Position numbers and translations under genes: made by a program. Positions 12,130 through 23,936 of a stretch of DNA of 64,000 nucleotides are shown piece after piece; position 1 is the first letter of the stretch, and the number at the start of each line of letters is the position of its first letter. A model generated the notes under the pieces. The model worked only from the letters and a program-made list of their open reading frames with translations, was not told where the DNA came from and ran no database searches. This DNA comes from Scyliorhinus canicula (taxonomy: Eukaryota), in NCBI RefSeq assembly GCF_902713615.1, contig NC_052164.1:100663235-100727234 (forward strand). The letters run 5' to 3'.

Positions 12130-13970
12130 GGTGGCAACGATCTCCCTCTCTGAGTCTAAAGGTTCAAGTCCCACTCCGGAGACTTGTGATATTGTGTACA
12201 ATATCGAGGCTGGCATCCACAGAGCAGTACTGAGGGAGTGCTGCACTGTCAGAGGGTCAGTGCTGAGGGAGTGCCGCACTGTCAGAGGGTCAGTACTGAG
12301 GGAATGCCGCACTGTCAGAGGCTCAGTACTGAGGGAGTGCTGTACTGTCAGAGGGTCAGTACTGAGGGAGTGCAGCACTGTCAGAGGGTCAGTACCGAGG
12401 GAGTGCCGCACTGTCAGAGGGTCAGTACTGAGGGAGTGCCGCACTGTCAGAGGGTCAGTACTGGGGGAGTGCTGCACTGTCAGAGGGTCAGTGCTGAGGG
12501 AGTGCCGCACTGTCAGAGGGTCAGTACTGAGGGAGTGCCGCACTGTCAGAGGGTCATTACTGAGGGAGTGCCGCACTGTCAGAGGGTCAGTACTGAGGGA
12601 GTGCTGCACTGTCAGAGGGTCAGTACTGAGGGAGTGCTGTACTGTCAGAGGGTCAGTACTGAGGGAGTGCAGCACTGTCAGAGGGTCAGTACTGAGGGAG
12701 TGGTGCACTGTCAGAGGGTCAGTACCGAGGGAGTGCCGCACTGTCAGAGGGTCAGTACTGAGGGAGTGCCGCACTGTCAGAGGGTCAGTACTGGGGGAGT
12801 GCTGCACTGTCAGAGGGTCAGTGCTGAGGGAGTGCCGCACTGTCAGAGGGTCAGTACTGAGGGAGTGCTGCACTGTCAGAGGGTCAGTACTGAGGGAGTG
12901 CCGCACTGTCAGAGGGTCAGTACTGAGGGAGTGCTGCACTGTCAGAGGGTCAGTACTGAGGGAGTGCCGCACTGTTACAGGGTCAGTATTGAGGGAGTGC
13001 CGCACTGTCAGAGGGTCAGTACTGAGGGAGTGCCGCACTGTCAGAGGGTCAGTACTGAGGGAGTGCGCACTGTCAGAGGGTCAGTACTGAGGGAGTGCCG
13101 CACTGTCAGAGGGTCAGTATTGAGGGAGTGCTGCACTGTCAGAGGGTCAGTACTGAGGGAGTGCCGCACTGTCAGAGGGTCAGTATTGAGGGAGTGCTGC
13201 ACTGTCAGAGGGTCAGTACTGAGGGAGTGCCGCACTGTCAGAGGGTCAGTACTGAGGGAGTGCTGCACTGTCAGAGGGTCAGTACTGAGGGAGTGCTGCA
13301 CTGTCAGAGGGTCAGTACTGAGGGAGTGCCGCACTGTCAGAGGGTCAGTACTGAGGGAGTGCCGCACTGTCAGAGGGTCAGTACTGAGGGAGTGCCGCAC
13401 TGTCAGAGGGTCAGTACTGAGGGAGTGCCGCACTGTCAGAGGGTCAGTACTGAGGGAATGCCGCACTGTCAGAGGGTCAGTACTGAGGGAGTGCGCACTG
13501 TCAGAGGGTCAGTACTGAGGGAGTGCCGCACTGTCAGAGGGTAAGTACTGAGGGAGTGCTGCACTGTCAGAGGGTCAGTACTGAGGGAGTACTGCACTGT
13601 CAGAGGGTCAGTACTGAGGGAGTGCTGCTCTGTCAGAGCGTCAGTACAGAGGGAGTGCTGCACTGTCAGAGCGTCAGTACTGAGGGAGTGGTGCACTGTC
13701 AGAGCGTCAGTACTGAGGGAGTGGTGCACTATCAGATGAGACATTAAATCGAGGTCCCATCTTCCCTCACAGCTGGATGTCCAATATCCAATGGTAATAT
13801 TTTGAAGCAGAGAAAGGGAGATCTCCCCAGTGTCCTGGTCAATATTATCCCTCAATCAACATCCCTAAAAACAGATGATCTGATTTCTATCTCATCGCCA
13901 TTTGTGGGATCTTGCTGTGCACCAATTGGCTGCTATGTTACAACAGTGTCTACACATCACAATAGTGACT
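12130..13970 (+). mobile_element. Deu-domain SINE (SacSINE1-like) hosting an internal minisatellite expansion
   Basis: The 5' flank has a tRNA-like B box (GGTTCAAGTCCCACTCCGGAGAC). The 3' flank resumes GATGAGACATTAAATCGAGGTCCC...CCCCAGTGTCCTGGTCAATATTATCCCTCAA...TTTGTGGGATCTTGCTGTGC. Confidence 0.8.
12225..13736 (+). repeat. 33-bp minisatellite, 45 full units plus a partial unit, consensus CAGTACTGAGGGAGTGCYGCACTGTCAGAGGGT
   Basis: Read directly. Two units (starting at 13050 and 13478) carry a 1-bp deletion. Confidence 0.99.
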
Positions 13971-14391
13971 ATACAATTAATTATAACAATCTCATAAACC
14001 AACCATAATCCATTTTCAAATTGTCTCAAGTACAACTCAATAACTGTATTTAAAATAATGCATTTGACGGAGTAAAATATCTGAGTGATGGGCAGCGATG
14101 CAGCAATAACGTGACTCGATGCGAGTTAGGATACAGGTAAGAGTTGAGAATGGAGGGTGGAGGATGGAGAGAAATCAAATGGTCGAGATTGGAGGTAACA
14201 AAGGCACGGGATGTTACAGGACTCCAAACCCTTTTTGAAGCTACCACAAGCGAGAAATAAGAGCACGATAATTAATTCCAATTTCAGCATTCTATATACC
14301 TACTCCCATTGTTCCCCAACACAGAAATCCTCTCCCAGCCTCCTCCCAGCAAAGGTAACCTCCCTCTTTTGTTTAGGAATACTCAAATATA

Positions 14392-14604
14392 GGGCGGCAC
14401 GCTGGCACAGTGGTTAGCACTGCTGCCTATGGCGCCGAGAACCCGGGTTCGGTCCCGGCCCCGGGTCACTGTCTGTGTGGAGTTTCCCCGTGACTGCGTG
14501 GGTCTCACCCCCACAACCCAAAGATGTGCTGGATAGGTGACTTGATCACGCTAAGTTGCCCCTTAATTGGAAAAAATAATTGGGTAGTTTAAGTTTTTAA
14601 AAAA
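14392..14604 (+). mobile_element. V-SINE short AT-tail type with 16-bp TSD
   Basis: AGGAATACTCAAATAT at 14375-14390 and 14605-14620. Confidence 0.95.
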
Positions 14605-16168
14605 AGGAATACTCAAATATCATAAAATGATACAGCAGAAAATGGGGCCATTCAACCCCATCTTCCTAATGCTAGCCCTTTGATTGAGTTATCCAATTCA
14701 TTCCATTCCCTAATCTGTATATTTCATTCCCATCAAGTTTATCCAGTTCCCCATGGCAGAGGAGAACATCTGTTCTAAAACACACACATTTGAAATATTT
14801 CGAATTGTTTTCAGATCAATTTTGTTTCAAACTGGTTCACTTACTTTGGTAATAACTTGTACACTGGTGTTGGGCAGTAAGGTGGTGATCATTTTCAGAG
14901 GGAAATCTGCTCGAGTGTATTTTCTGTTCTCCATCTCGTGCACCCATCACACTCACTGCTTGGGTGGGAGGGGGTGCGGGAAGGTTCCATCAATCCTCAC
15001 AATCCTGGCAGGTCACTTGCTTCCTGCTGCCGACTAAACAGAACCAAGACCTCATACCTCCACCGTCTATCAGAGTCTGGTATCAGCTAAAGATCCAGCA
15101 GGTCGTCACACACACACACACAGAGTGAGTCGATGGCCGTGTTGAAATGTTTCAAAAGCTTTCCAACTGCATAAAACAACCCAATTGACGTTGAGCAGGA
15201 TGACCAAACAGTCACTGCATCTCGGTGTCGCCTCCTTTAGACCGAGGATTTCACCTCCCAGCTTCTCACTGCCACACCTGCAGGCCGGGGGCTGCCATAT
15301 CTCTCATCGCCCGATTATATCTTGCACTGAGGGAGTTTGTTCTGTTGTGCACATCGCAGCAGAACAGCTTCGAATTTTATATTGTGTGTCTTGACAGGAG
15401 CCAGAAGTGGATCATTCTCCCTCTCTCTCTCTCTCTCTCTCGCTCTCTCTGCTGGGTTGGAGTGAGTTTTCAGAGGAGACAGGAAAAGGAGACTGGGGGT
15501 GGACAAAGAGTTGGAAAGAAACGCAACAGAGCTGGAAATGCAATCTCTTAACTCCTTTGATCCCAGCCAGGGACTGTGAACAGTCCAATTATAAGTGTTG
15601 TTATAATATATAAATATTAAATGTTATCCCAGTATGCTCAGAACTATTAAAATGTCTTCACTCAGATCCTTTAAGCATTTCACTGTAACTTGTGCAAATT
15701 GTTACCATTACCTGATGGGAATAATTGCTGAGTCTTCAAGTGAGATTAAGCTTGCTTTGAGATCAGGGTTGCAGTATGTTTCTTGTCATAGTTGGAATGT
15801 CAACTATTGCAAACAGTGGCTCCTGAGTTATGGTTGACCAACGCCCCAAGGCCTCCCCTCCCCGCCCCAACACCCAACAATTTGGCGTTTTTAATCCAAC
15901 TTTTGTCTTGTTTCTCCTCAGAGCTGTAAGTGGAGATGGAGCAGGAGGATGGTGTGTACAGAAATAAACTCTGCTGGGATCTTCCAACCTTTACCTCCAG
16001 ATTTAACTATTTACTCTCCTGACCATGCCTCCCCCTTGTGCACTCTCCCATAACGTTTGATTCACCTCCTCCAAAATCTCCTACAACTCTCCAGGATCTT
16101 GGCGCTCCTCCAATGATGGCCTTGACTTTAACCACTTCACCATTGGCGTCTGCACCACCGGCTCCTGA

Positions 16169-16488
16169 ATAGAACATACAGTGCAGAAGGAGGCCATTCA
16201 GCCCGTCGAGTCTGCACCAAACCACTTAAGCCCTCACTTCCACCCTATCCCCGTAACCCAATAACCCCTCCTACCCTTTTTGGACTCTAAGGGCAATTTA
16301 GCATGGCCAATCCACCTAACCTGCACGTCTTTGGACTGTGGGAGGAAACCAGAGCACCCGGAGGAAACCCACGCAGACACGGGGAGAACGTGCAGACTCC
16401 GCACAGACAGTGACCCAGCGGGGAATCAAACCTGGGATGCTGGCGCTGTGAAGCCACATTGCTATCCACTTGTGCTACCGTGCTGCCC
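16169..16488 (-). mobile_element. V-SINE, CR1 tail, inserted in an old L2 3' end (about 16010-16670)
   Basis: Near reverse complement of 8505-8825. The flanks join into an L2-like 3' end finishing CTATAAATGCAAGTTGTTG. Confidence 0.9.
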
Positions 16489-16939
16489 TGGGCTGAGAGC
16501 TCTGGAATCTATTCCCCAAACCTGAGCCCCTCTCTCTCCTTGTTTAAAGTGCTCTTGGAAACCTGCTCTGATAAACCATGATTTTGCTGCCAATTTAATT
16601 CTGTTTGAATATACATGATCCTAAAAAGGTCCTTGGTATCGTTATCATTGCTCTATAAATGCAAGTTGTTGCTGTGGCCATGATGTGACTCAGTGAAATT
16701 TATCTGACATGTTCCCACTTCATTCTGACCATCTTAATAAAACCTTCAGAGCAAAGGGTTCAGCTATGTGCGCACGAGGATGTCAGTAAATGTAATCATG
16801 TTAAGAAGATCCATCGGGCAGACCTTTGAACTATTGATCCAATGTAACAGCTGGCCTGTAATAAGCCCTCTTGAAGCTTTGAGATTTCTGCGTTTCCTGT
16901 TCGAGGCTTCCACCACGAACCTCCTGAAGGCATCTACCC

Positions 16940-17238
16940 GTAGAATCCATCGAATCCCCACTGCAGACGGAGGCCCTTTGGACCTTTGAGTCTGTACTGA
17001 CCCTCCGAAAGAGCACTCACCTAGGCCCACTCCCCCATCCTATCCTCGTAACCCCACCTGACCTTTGGGCACTAAGGGGCAATTTAGCCTGGCCAACCCA
17101 CCTAACCTGCACGGCTTTTTGGGTTGTGGGGGCAAGGCCCACGCAAACAAGGGGAGAATGTGCAAACTCCACACGGACAGTGACCCGGGGGCGGGATTCG
17201 AACCCGGGTCCTCAGCGCCATGAGGCAGCAGTGCTAAC
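16940..17238 (-). mobile_element. V-SINE, CR1 tail
   Basis: GGGGCAATTTAGCCTGGCCAACCCACCTAACCTGCAC, reverse-complement B box GGATTCGAACCC. Confidence 0.85.
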
Positions 17239-17933
17239 AAATGGAGTTATCAGTTTTAATGTTTGTGAGTAACGATCTAAATAATACTTCAAGACCCAAG
17301 ATAAAAATGTATTTGGACCTGATTAGAGGAACATAGGACTTAGAAGCTGGAGCAGGAGTTGGAGTTGGAGTAAGGTCATTCAGCCCTTCTAGTCTATCCC
17401 ACCATTCAATAAGGTCATGGCTGATCTGGTCTTTTCTCAACTTCACTTTGTCCTCCTCCCTTGTTTATCAAACATATATCTAACTCTGCCTTGAATAAAT
17501 TCAATGATACAACCTCACTGAATTTTTATTGTTCTTTATTAAAATGTTTAATTTTAACCGTTCAAAATGCATCCAACTGGACAGAATTAAGATGGGGTCC
17601 ATCGGAGGCCATTCAGGGCTTCAGTTCCCAGGACTGATCTGGATTTCAACTCCATCTACTCACCTTAGCTTCACACCTCTCCACCCTCTTACAAATCCAT
17701 TGGCTAGGTCATAGAATCAGACGGCACAGTGGGAGCTGGTTCCCACCACCATGCTAGTGCCAGCCCTATAAAGAGCAAAACCGTTCCTCTCACTGCCCCT
17801 GCCCTTTTCCCTTCAAGCTGACCTGCAACCTGCTGCCCACGAGGGTGGTGGAAGCGGAGACGATCAATGATTTTAAAAGGAAATCGGATGGGCACTGAAA
17901 GGAAATAAACCTGCTGGTCCACAGGGATAGACT

Positions 17934-17964
<31 letters not shown>

Positions 17965-18099
17965 TTGACTGGTGAGCCTCACAGAGAGCTGGCTTGGTGG
18001 ATTGATGTCTCCTCCTGTGTCGTGTCCATGACCTTAAACAGTGTTCCCTCTAAATTCCCCTTTGCTGTGCACAGCCTGCTTGTTGCACTGTGTGGTAAG

Positions 18100-18476
18100 A
18101 TCATAGAATCCTGAAAGTGCAGAAGGAGGCAATTCTGCCCATCGAGTCTGCAATGACCTAACTAGGTCCACGCCCTTGCCCTATCCCCGCAACCCCACCT
18201 AACCTGCACACCTTTGGGCTCCAACAGGCAATTGTATCATGGCCAATCTACCTAACCTGCACATCTTTGGGCTCCAACAGGCAATTGTATCACGGCCAAT
18301 CTACCTAACCTGCACATCTTCGGACTGTGGGAGGAAACCGGAGCATCCGGAGGAAACCCACGCAGACACGGGGGAAAAGTGCAAATTCCCCACACACACA
18401 GCTAAGACCGGAATTGAAACCGGGTCCCTGGCGCTGTGAGGCAGCAGTGCCAACCACTATGCCACCGTGCCGCCCC
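18100..18476 (-). mobile_element. V-SINE, CR1 tail, with an internal 53-bp tandem duplication
   Basis: ACCTAACCTGCACA recurs at 18197, 18250 and 18303. Confidence 0.9.
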
Positions 18477-19571
18477 AATGTCATTGTCAAGATTGTCATA
18501 AAGCAACACATCTTAAAGAGATTGTTTCCTCTGCATGGTCTGTCCCTGTGCAGTAAGTCCCAGCTCATGACCTCCCCTTATTCCATTAAGTATTTTTAAT
18601 AAATTCCCCTTTCAAATAAACCATACTAATGTCATACAAGTAGTTAAAATGACACAACAGCCTCCTACTGGAAAGTAGCCACTTGAACACAAAGGCCCAA
18701 TGGAAAGCAGCCACTACAGAGAATTCCTCTGTTAGGAAGAGCCAAGTGTAAATCAACAGCTGGCCTGGACGCCTTCCCAGATATTCAGCAACTCTGTCTC
18801 ATTTGTCCGCCTCCACTTTCCCCCCCCCCCAACTTTTCTTGAAGCTGGCCCCATTGAGTGCAGCCACCCCTCGGGTACTGTGCCCAAATTGCCAACATCG
18901 AAGCCGGATGATGAGACTCAGTTGTCTCTGTCTGTAGGATCGGGCATCGTATTCTGCCCTCGTCCTGGATAACCAGGCACGGCAACCTAGAGAGACAAGC
19001 AAACTGGCTTTCCATCTGCATACGCTTAAGGTCATGAATGACGTAGCATTGATGCCTGGCTGATATCGATGCAAATTGGTGATTGAGCCCAGGTCTGTGC
19101 TCAAGAAGGATATGGTGACGGAGGGATTGCTCCTTGTGGGATACGGAACCAGTTTCTCTCGGGTTTTCTCAGGCAGAGGAATGTGGTTGTGGAGTACCTT
19201 GTGTACCAATGACATCACTGACGGAAAGTAGCTTGGAAGAGTTAAGAATGAAGTATTTTCATAGTTTTAGGCATGAGGTTAGCTTGCCAGCTAATGACTC
19301 AATTTGAGGTCTGACGAACTCAGGCAAGATCTGCCGAGCTTCACCGGGCCCGCACCCTCCATCCACTCACCCATGTGCCAAACATCTGGGCAAACAAGCA
19401 TTGGAGCAATCGCTTTGATTGGAAGATATTATTGAGTTGCAATTGTCACCTAGACAAAGCTGCCAATTAAATGGCGCAAATGGGATTGATACGATTTTTG
19501 AGATTCTGGAACAGGCACACTGAAATGGTCAGAAAAACGTACAACAGGGATTTGGATACATTCTTGAAAAG

Positions 19572-20465
19572 TGTTTCAACAGCCTGGTCCAGTGATTGGT
19601 CAATTCCAGCCCCACATGACCTGCAGTCGCAACACAGTTGAAATTAACTTTTAATGTCAAAAAATGCCCAAAGTCTTTGGACTTCGATAATTAGTCACAC
19701 ACCAGGTTAGTAAATTTAAACACAATTGACTTTCTATTATTTACAGTAACTATAATTAAATAGACAACAAATACAACTGGTTAATTATTATCTAATTACT
19801 AACCTCCCTTTTTAACTCACCCCACCCTCTACACACACACAAGACAAACAAACACAGAGGGAAAAGAAGGGTGTAAAAAAATACTAGAAGCAAAAGAATA
19901 AAAGTCCCTGTTTCAGATGGACATTGAGCAGTAGATTCTTCCTTCAGTCTAAGCCTCCAGTTGGGTGATACCTTTTCCTTCAGTCTGTTATGGTTTTCAG
20001 TAGAGACTCATCGGGTCTCGAGACTTCTGTCTTTAGACAGTAGGCAGAGTCTTTGTTACCTCCAGACTCGATTATTCCAAAGCTTTCCTGGCTGCTCTCC
20101 CACATTCTATCCTCCATATTCTATCCAAAAGTCTGCTGCCGGTCTGAACTGTCAGCAAGTCCTTTTTTTAAAATTATTTTTTATTTTATTTAGAGTACCC
20201 AATTCATTTTTTTCCAATTAAGGGGCCATTTAGCGTGGCCAATCCACCTACCCTGCACATCTTTGGGTTGTGGGAGTGAAACCCACGCAAACACGGAGAG
20301 AATGTGCAAACTCCACACGGACAGTGACCCAGAGCCGGGATTGAACCTGGGACCTCGGCGCCGTGAGGCAGCAGGGCTAACCCACTGCGCCACCGTGCTG
20401 CCTACTGTCAGCAAGTCCTGTTTCCCTATTACCCACAGTGTTCACTGATCTACATTGGCTAACAG
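19572..20465. mobile_element. Possible solo LTR-like remnant (interrupted by a SINE)
   Basis: Starts TGT and resembles a recalled shark LTR-like repeat. No TSD or clear right end verified. Confidence 0.3.
20164..20402 (-). mobile_element. V-SINE short AT-tail type with 16-bp TSD
   Basis: ACTGTCAGCAAGTCCT at 20148-20163 and 20404-20419. Confidence 0.95.
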
Positions 20466-20790
20466 CATCTTGATTTAAAATTCTTATCCTTGTTTTCAAA
20501 TCCCTCCATTGCCTCTCTCTGTAGTGTCCTCCAGCCTCAAAATCCTCCAAAATCTCTGCACTCCTCTAAGTGTGGCCTCTCGAGCATCCTTGATTGTAAC
20601 ATCTCCACAATTGGTAACCACTGTGCGCCGGTGGTGGAGGGAGTGAATGTTTGAGGAAGGGATGCCAATTCAGTGGGCTGCTTTGTCCTGGATGTGTTGA
20701 GCTTCCTTAGTATTGTTGGAGCCGCACTCATCCTGGCAAGTCGTGGATATTCCATCGGACCCTTGACTTGTACCTTGTAGATGGTGGACC

Positions 20791-23035
20791 GCTCTATCGC
20801 CCGCCCACACTTTGGCAAATCTGACCACAAGGCCGTGCTCCAGCTCCCGGCTTATAAACAAAAACTGAAGCGGGAGAATCCGTCAAAGAAAGTTGTGCCG
20901 TTGGTCTGAGGAATCGGGTGATCTCCTACGGGACTGCTTAGAGTCAGTGGACTGGTCAGTATTTAAAACCTCTGAACGAGTATGCCACTACAGTAACTGA
21001 CTTCATTAGTAAGTGTGTAGAAGACTGTGTGCCAAAGAAGAAAATCCGCGTGTTTCCCAACCGGAACCCTGGATGAACAGGATATCCACGGCTTGCTGAC
21101 GTCTGGGTCTGAGGTGTTCAAGTCAGGCGATCCAGACCTCTTCAAGAAAGCCAGATATGATCTAAAGAAATCCATCAAAGATACCCAAAGACAGAACCGG
21201 ACCAAGCTCGAGTCCCAGGCTAGCCACACGGATCCCCGCTGTCTATGGCAAGGTCTGCAAGACATAACTGGCTACAAGATGAAGGCATGTAAAATCACCG
21301 GCTCCAACGTACCCCTCCCTGATGAGCTCAATGCATTCTATGCCTGCGAGCCCTCCACCCCAGAAGCTGCGGATGAATTTGTATCTGAGATCACCACTGC
21401 AGACGCCAGAGCAGTCTTCTCGAAGGTCAACCCACGGAAAGCCACTGGCCCGGCTGGGATACCCGGACGGGCACTCAGGTCTTGCGCGGTCAGCTGGCGG
21501 AGGTATTCGCAGACATCTTCAACCTTTCTTTACAACAATCTGAGGTCCCTATCTGCTTCAAGAAGACAACCATCATCCCTGTACCCAAAAAACGTCAAGC
21601 AGCGTGCCTTAATGACTATCGTCTAGTGGCTTTGACATCCATCATCATGAAGTGCTTCTTCGAAAGGTTAGTCATCGCACAAATCAACTCCAGCCTCCCG
21701 GTTGCCTTGATCCACTACAGTTCACCTACCGCTGCAACAGGTCCACAGCAGAAGCCATGTCCATGGCCCTGCATCTACCCTGGAACATCTAGATAACAAA
21801 GACACCTATGTCAGACTCCTATTTATCGACTGCAGCTCAGCCTTCAACACCTTCATTCCTACGAAACGCATCTCCAAACTCCGTGGCCTTGGCCTCGGCT
21901 CCTCCCTCTGCGACTGGATCCTGAACTTTCTAACCCACCGGCCACAATCAGTAAAGATAGGCAACAACACCTCCTCCACAATCATCCTCAACACCGGTGC
22001 CCCACAAGGCTGTGTCCTCAGCCCCCTACTATACTCCTTATACACCTATGACTGTGTGGCCAAATTCCCCTCCAACTCGATTTTCAAATTTGCTGATGAC
22101 ACCACCGTAGTGGGTCAGATTTCAAACAATGACGAGACAGAGTACAGGAATGAGATAGAGAATCTGGTGAACTGGTGCAACGACAATAATCTCTCCCTCA
22201 ATGTCTACAAAATGAAGGAGATTGTCATCGACTTCAGGAAGTGTAGTGGGGAACATGCCCCTGTCTACATCAATGGGAATGAAGTAGAAAGGGTCGAGAA
22301 CTTCAAGTTTTTAGGTGTACAGATCACCAACAGCCTGTCCTGGTCCCCCCATGCCGACACTATAGTTAAGAAAACCCACCAACGACTCTACTTTCTCAGA
22401 AGACTAAGGAAATGTGGCATGTCAGCTACGACCCTCACCAACTTCGATAGATGCACCATAGAAAGCATTCTTTCTGGTTGTATTACAGCTTGATATGGAG
22501 CCTGCTCTGCCCAAGACTGCAGGAAACTACAAAAGGTTGTGAATGGTGCCCTGTTCATCACGCAAACCAGCCTCCCATCCATTGACTCTATCTATAATTC
22601 CCACTGCCTCGGAAAGGCAGTCAGCATAATTAAGGACCCCATGCACCCCGGACATACTCTCTTCCACCTCCTTCCATCAGGAAAAAGATATCAAAGTTTG
22701 AGGTCACGTACCAACTTCTTCCCTACTGCCATCAGACTTTTGAATGGACCTACCTCGTATTATGATGTGGAGATGCTAGCGTTGGACTGGGGTGAGCACA
22801 GTAAGAAGTCTTACATGTTGGACTTTAACCTGGTGTTGTAAGACTTCTTACTGTGCTTACCTCGTATTAAGTTGATCTTTTCTCTACACCTTGCTATAAC
22901 TGTAACATTATATTCTGCAGTCTCTCCTTCCTTCTCTATGTACACTATGCATTGTTTGTACAGCATTCAAGAAACAATACTTTTCGCTGTATACTAATAC
23001 ATGTGACAATAATAAGTCAAATCAAATCAAATCAA
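20791..23035 (+). mobile_element. Rex1/Babar-type non-LTR retrotransposon, 5'-truncated RT pseudogene
   Basis: [67 protein letters not shown]. (ATCAA)n tail. Several frameshifts. Confidence 0.9.
22763..22857. mobile_element. Short Penelope-like palindromic insertion with 12-bp TSD
   Basis: TACCTCGTATTA at 22751-22762 and 22858-22869. Perfect 21-bp inverted arms. Absent from the sister copy near 49330. Confidence 0.8.
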
Positions 23036-23122
23036 AAGGCTTGGGGGATTCAGGAGGTGAGTTACTCACTGCAGGATTCCCAACCTCTAGCCTGCTCTGG
23101 TAGCCATAGTATTTATGTGGCT

Positions 23123-23215
23123 TTGACAAAGAGTCATCCAGACTCGAAATATTAGCTCCGTTCTCTCTTCACAGATGCTATCAGGCCTGCTGAGATTTTC
23201 TAGCATTTCTGTTTT
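23123..23215 (+). mobile_element. Penelope-like pLTR remnant with a decayed minimal hammerhead core
   Basis: TTGACAA-A-GAGTC-ATCCA-GACTC-GAAAT followed by TCTCTTCACAGATGCT..CCTGCTGAG. Imperfect flanking repeat TATTTATGTGGCT / TAATTATATGGCT. Confidence 0.65.
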
Positions 23216-23696
23216 TAATTATATGGCTGATCCAATTCATTTTCTGGCCAATGATAACCCCTCCAAGTTGTTGATGGTGGGATGTTCAATGATGGCGGTG
23301 CCATTGAATGTCATGGGGACATCCAATCTCAAGAATGTCCTCCCTACACCTTTCCCTTCTCCTCCTTGCAGACACTCCTTCAAAACTCCCTCTTTGACCA
23401 AGTTTTTGTCATCTGACCTAATATCTCTTCATATGGCGGTGTCATAGTTGACTTTATAAAGCTCCTGCGAAGCGTCTTGGGGCATTTAATTCTGTAAAGG
23501 TACTACAGAAGTCTAAGTTGCTGTACCTCTGGCAATCTTTTGAAAACAATCTGACCTGACCTTAGAGCAACATCTGGAAATATAGCTAACAAAACACTCA
23601 GGCACCATTATTCACCAGTCTCTGATCAAGAGATTGTAACACAAACAATATCACAAAAAGGAAGTCAAACCAGCACGAGACACAATAAGTACTTAC

Positions 23697-23765
23697 TTGA
23701 ACGGATGTGAGATCACTAGCTGCTTGAAACAAAGTTTGAACTTTATCACCCATACAAATATAGGC
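23697..23765 (-). other. Weak candidate internal exon (69 nt, AYICMGDKVQTLFQAASDLTSVQ)
   Basis: Minus-strand cag acceptor with a weak pyrimidine tract and CAA|gtaagt donor, in non-repeat DNA. No homology recognised. Confidence 0.2.
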
Positions 23766-23936
23766 CTGTGCTTTAACAAACTGCACTTGATGACCTAATT
23801 AAGCCACATTAGAACCGTGACAGAGTCGATTGTTACGCACAGCTCAAACCAAATAGCAAAAATATGAATACCATCACTCTGATTGTCACTATAGAAAATC
23901 ACCAGATCTCCTGAAAAAACATAAAACTAATAGTTG

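Larger units (their letters stand above)
20618..23320 (-). mobile_element. CR1-clade LINE fragment (HSLHHRRTV family) split into 20618-20790 and 23036-23320
   Basis: The flanks join to match the uninterrupted copy at 46100-46450 (TTGTAGATGGTGGACAGGCTTTGGGGAGTCAGGAGG). Confidence 0.75.
20470..23525 (+). mobile_element. Old L2 3' end split into 20470-20615 and 23330-23525
   Basis: DLKFLSLFSNPS / KILILVFKSLH-like coding remnant on the left, L2-type 3' UTR (GCTCCTGCGAAGCGTCTTGGG...AAGTTGCTGT) on the right. Confidence 0.55.

Noticed and set aside
12225-13736. CRISPR-like array of palindromic 33-bp repeats
   Set aside because: Units are head-to-tail with no unique spacers, there are no cas genes, the context is eukaryotic, and the motif derives from a SINE.
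12032-13855. Long Cys/His-rich ORFs (352, 426, 307 aa) resembling zinc-finger or repeat proteins
   Set aside because: A 33-bp unit is a multiple of three and stop-free in several frames on both strands. Frameshifting deletions are tolerated.
18785-19218. Possible terminal exon after the minus-strand acceptor ttgcttgtctctctag near 18988
   Set aside because: Only an acceptor-like signal. No recognisable peptide in any frame.
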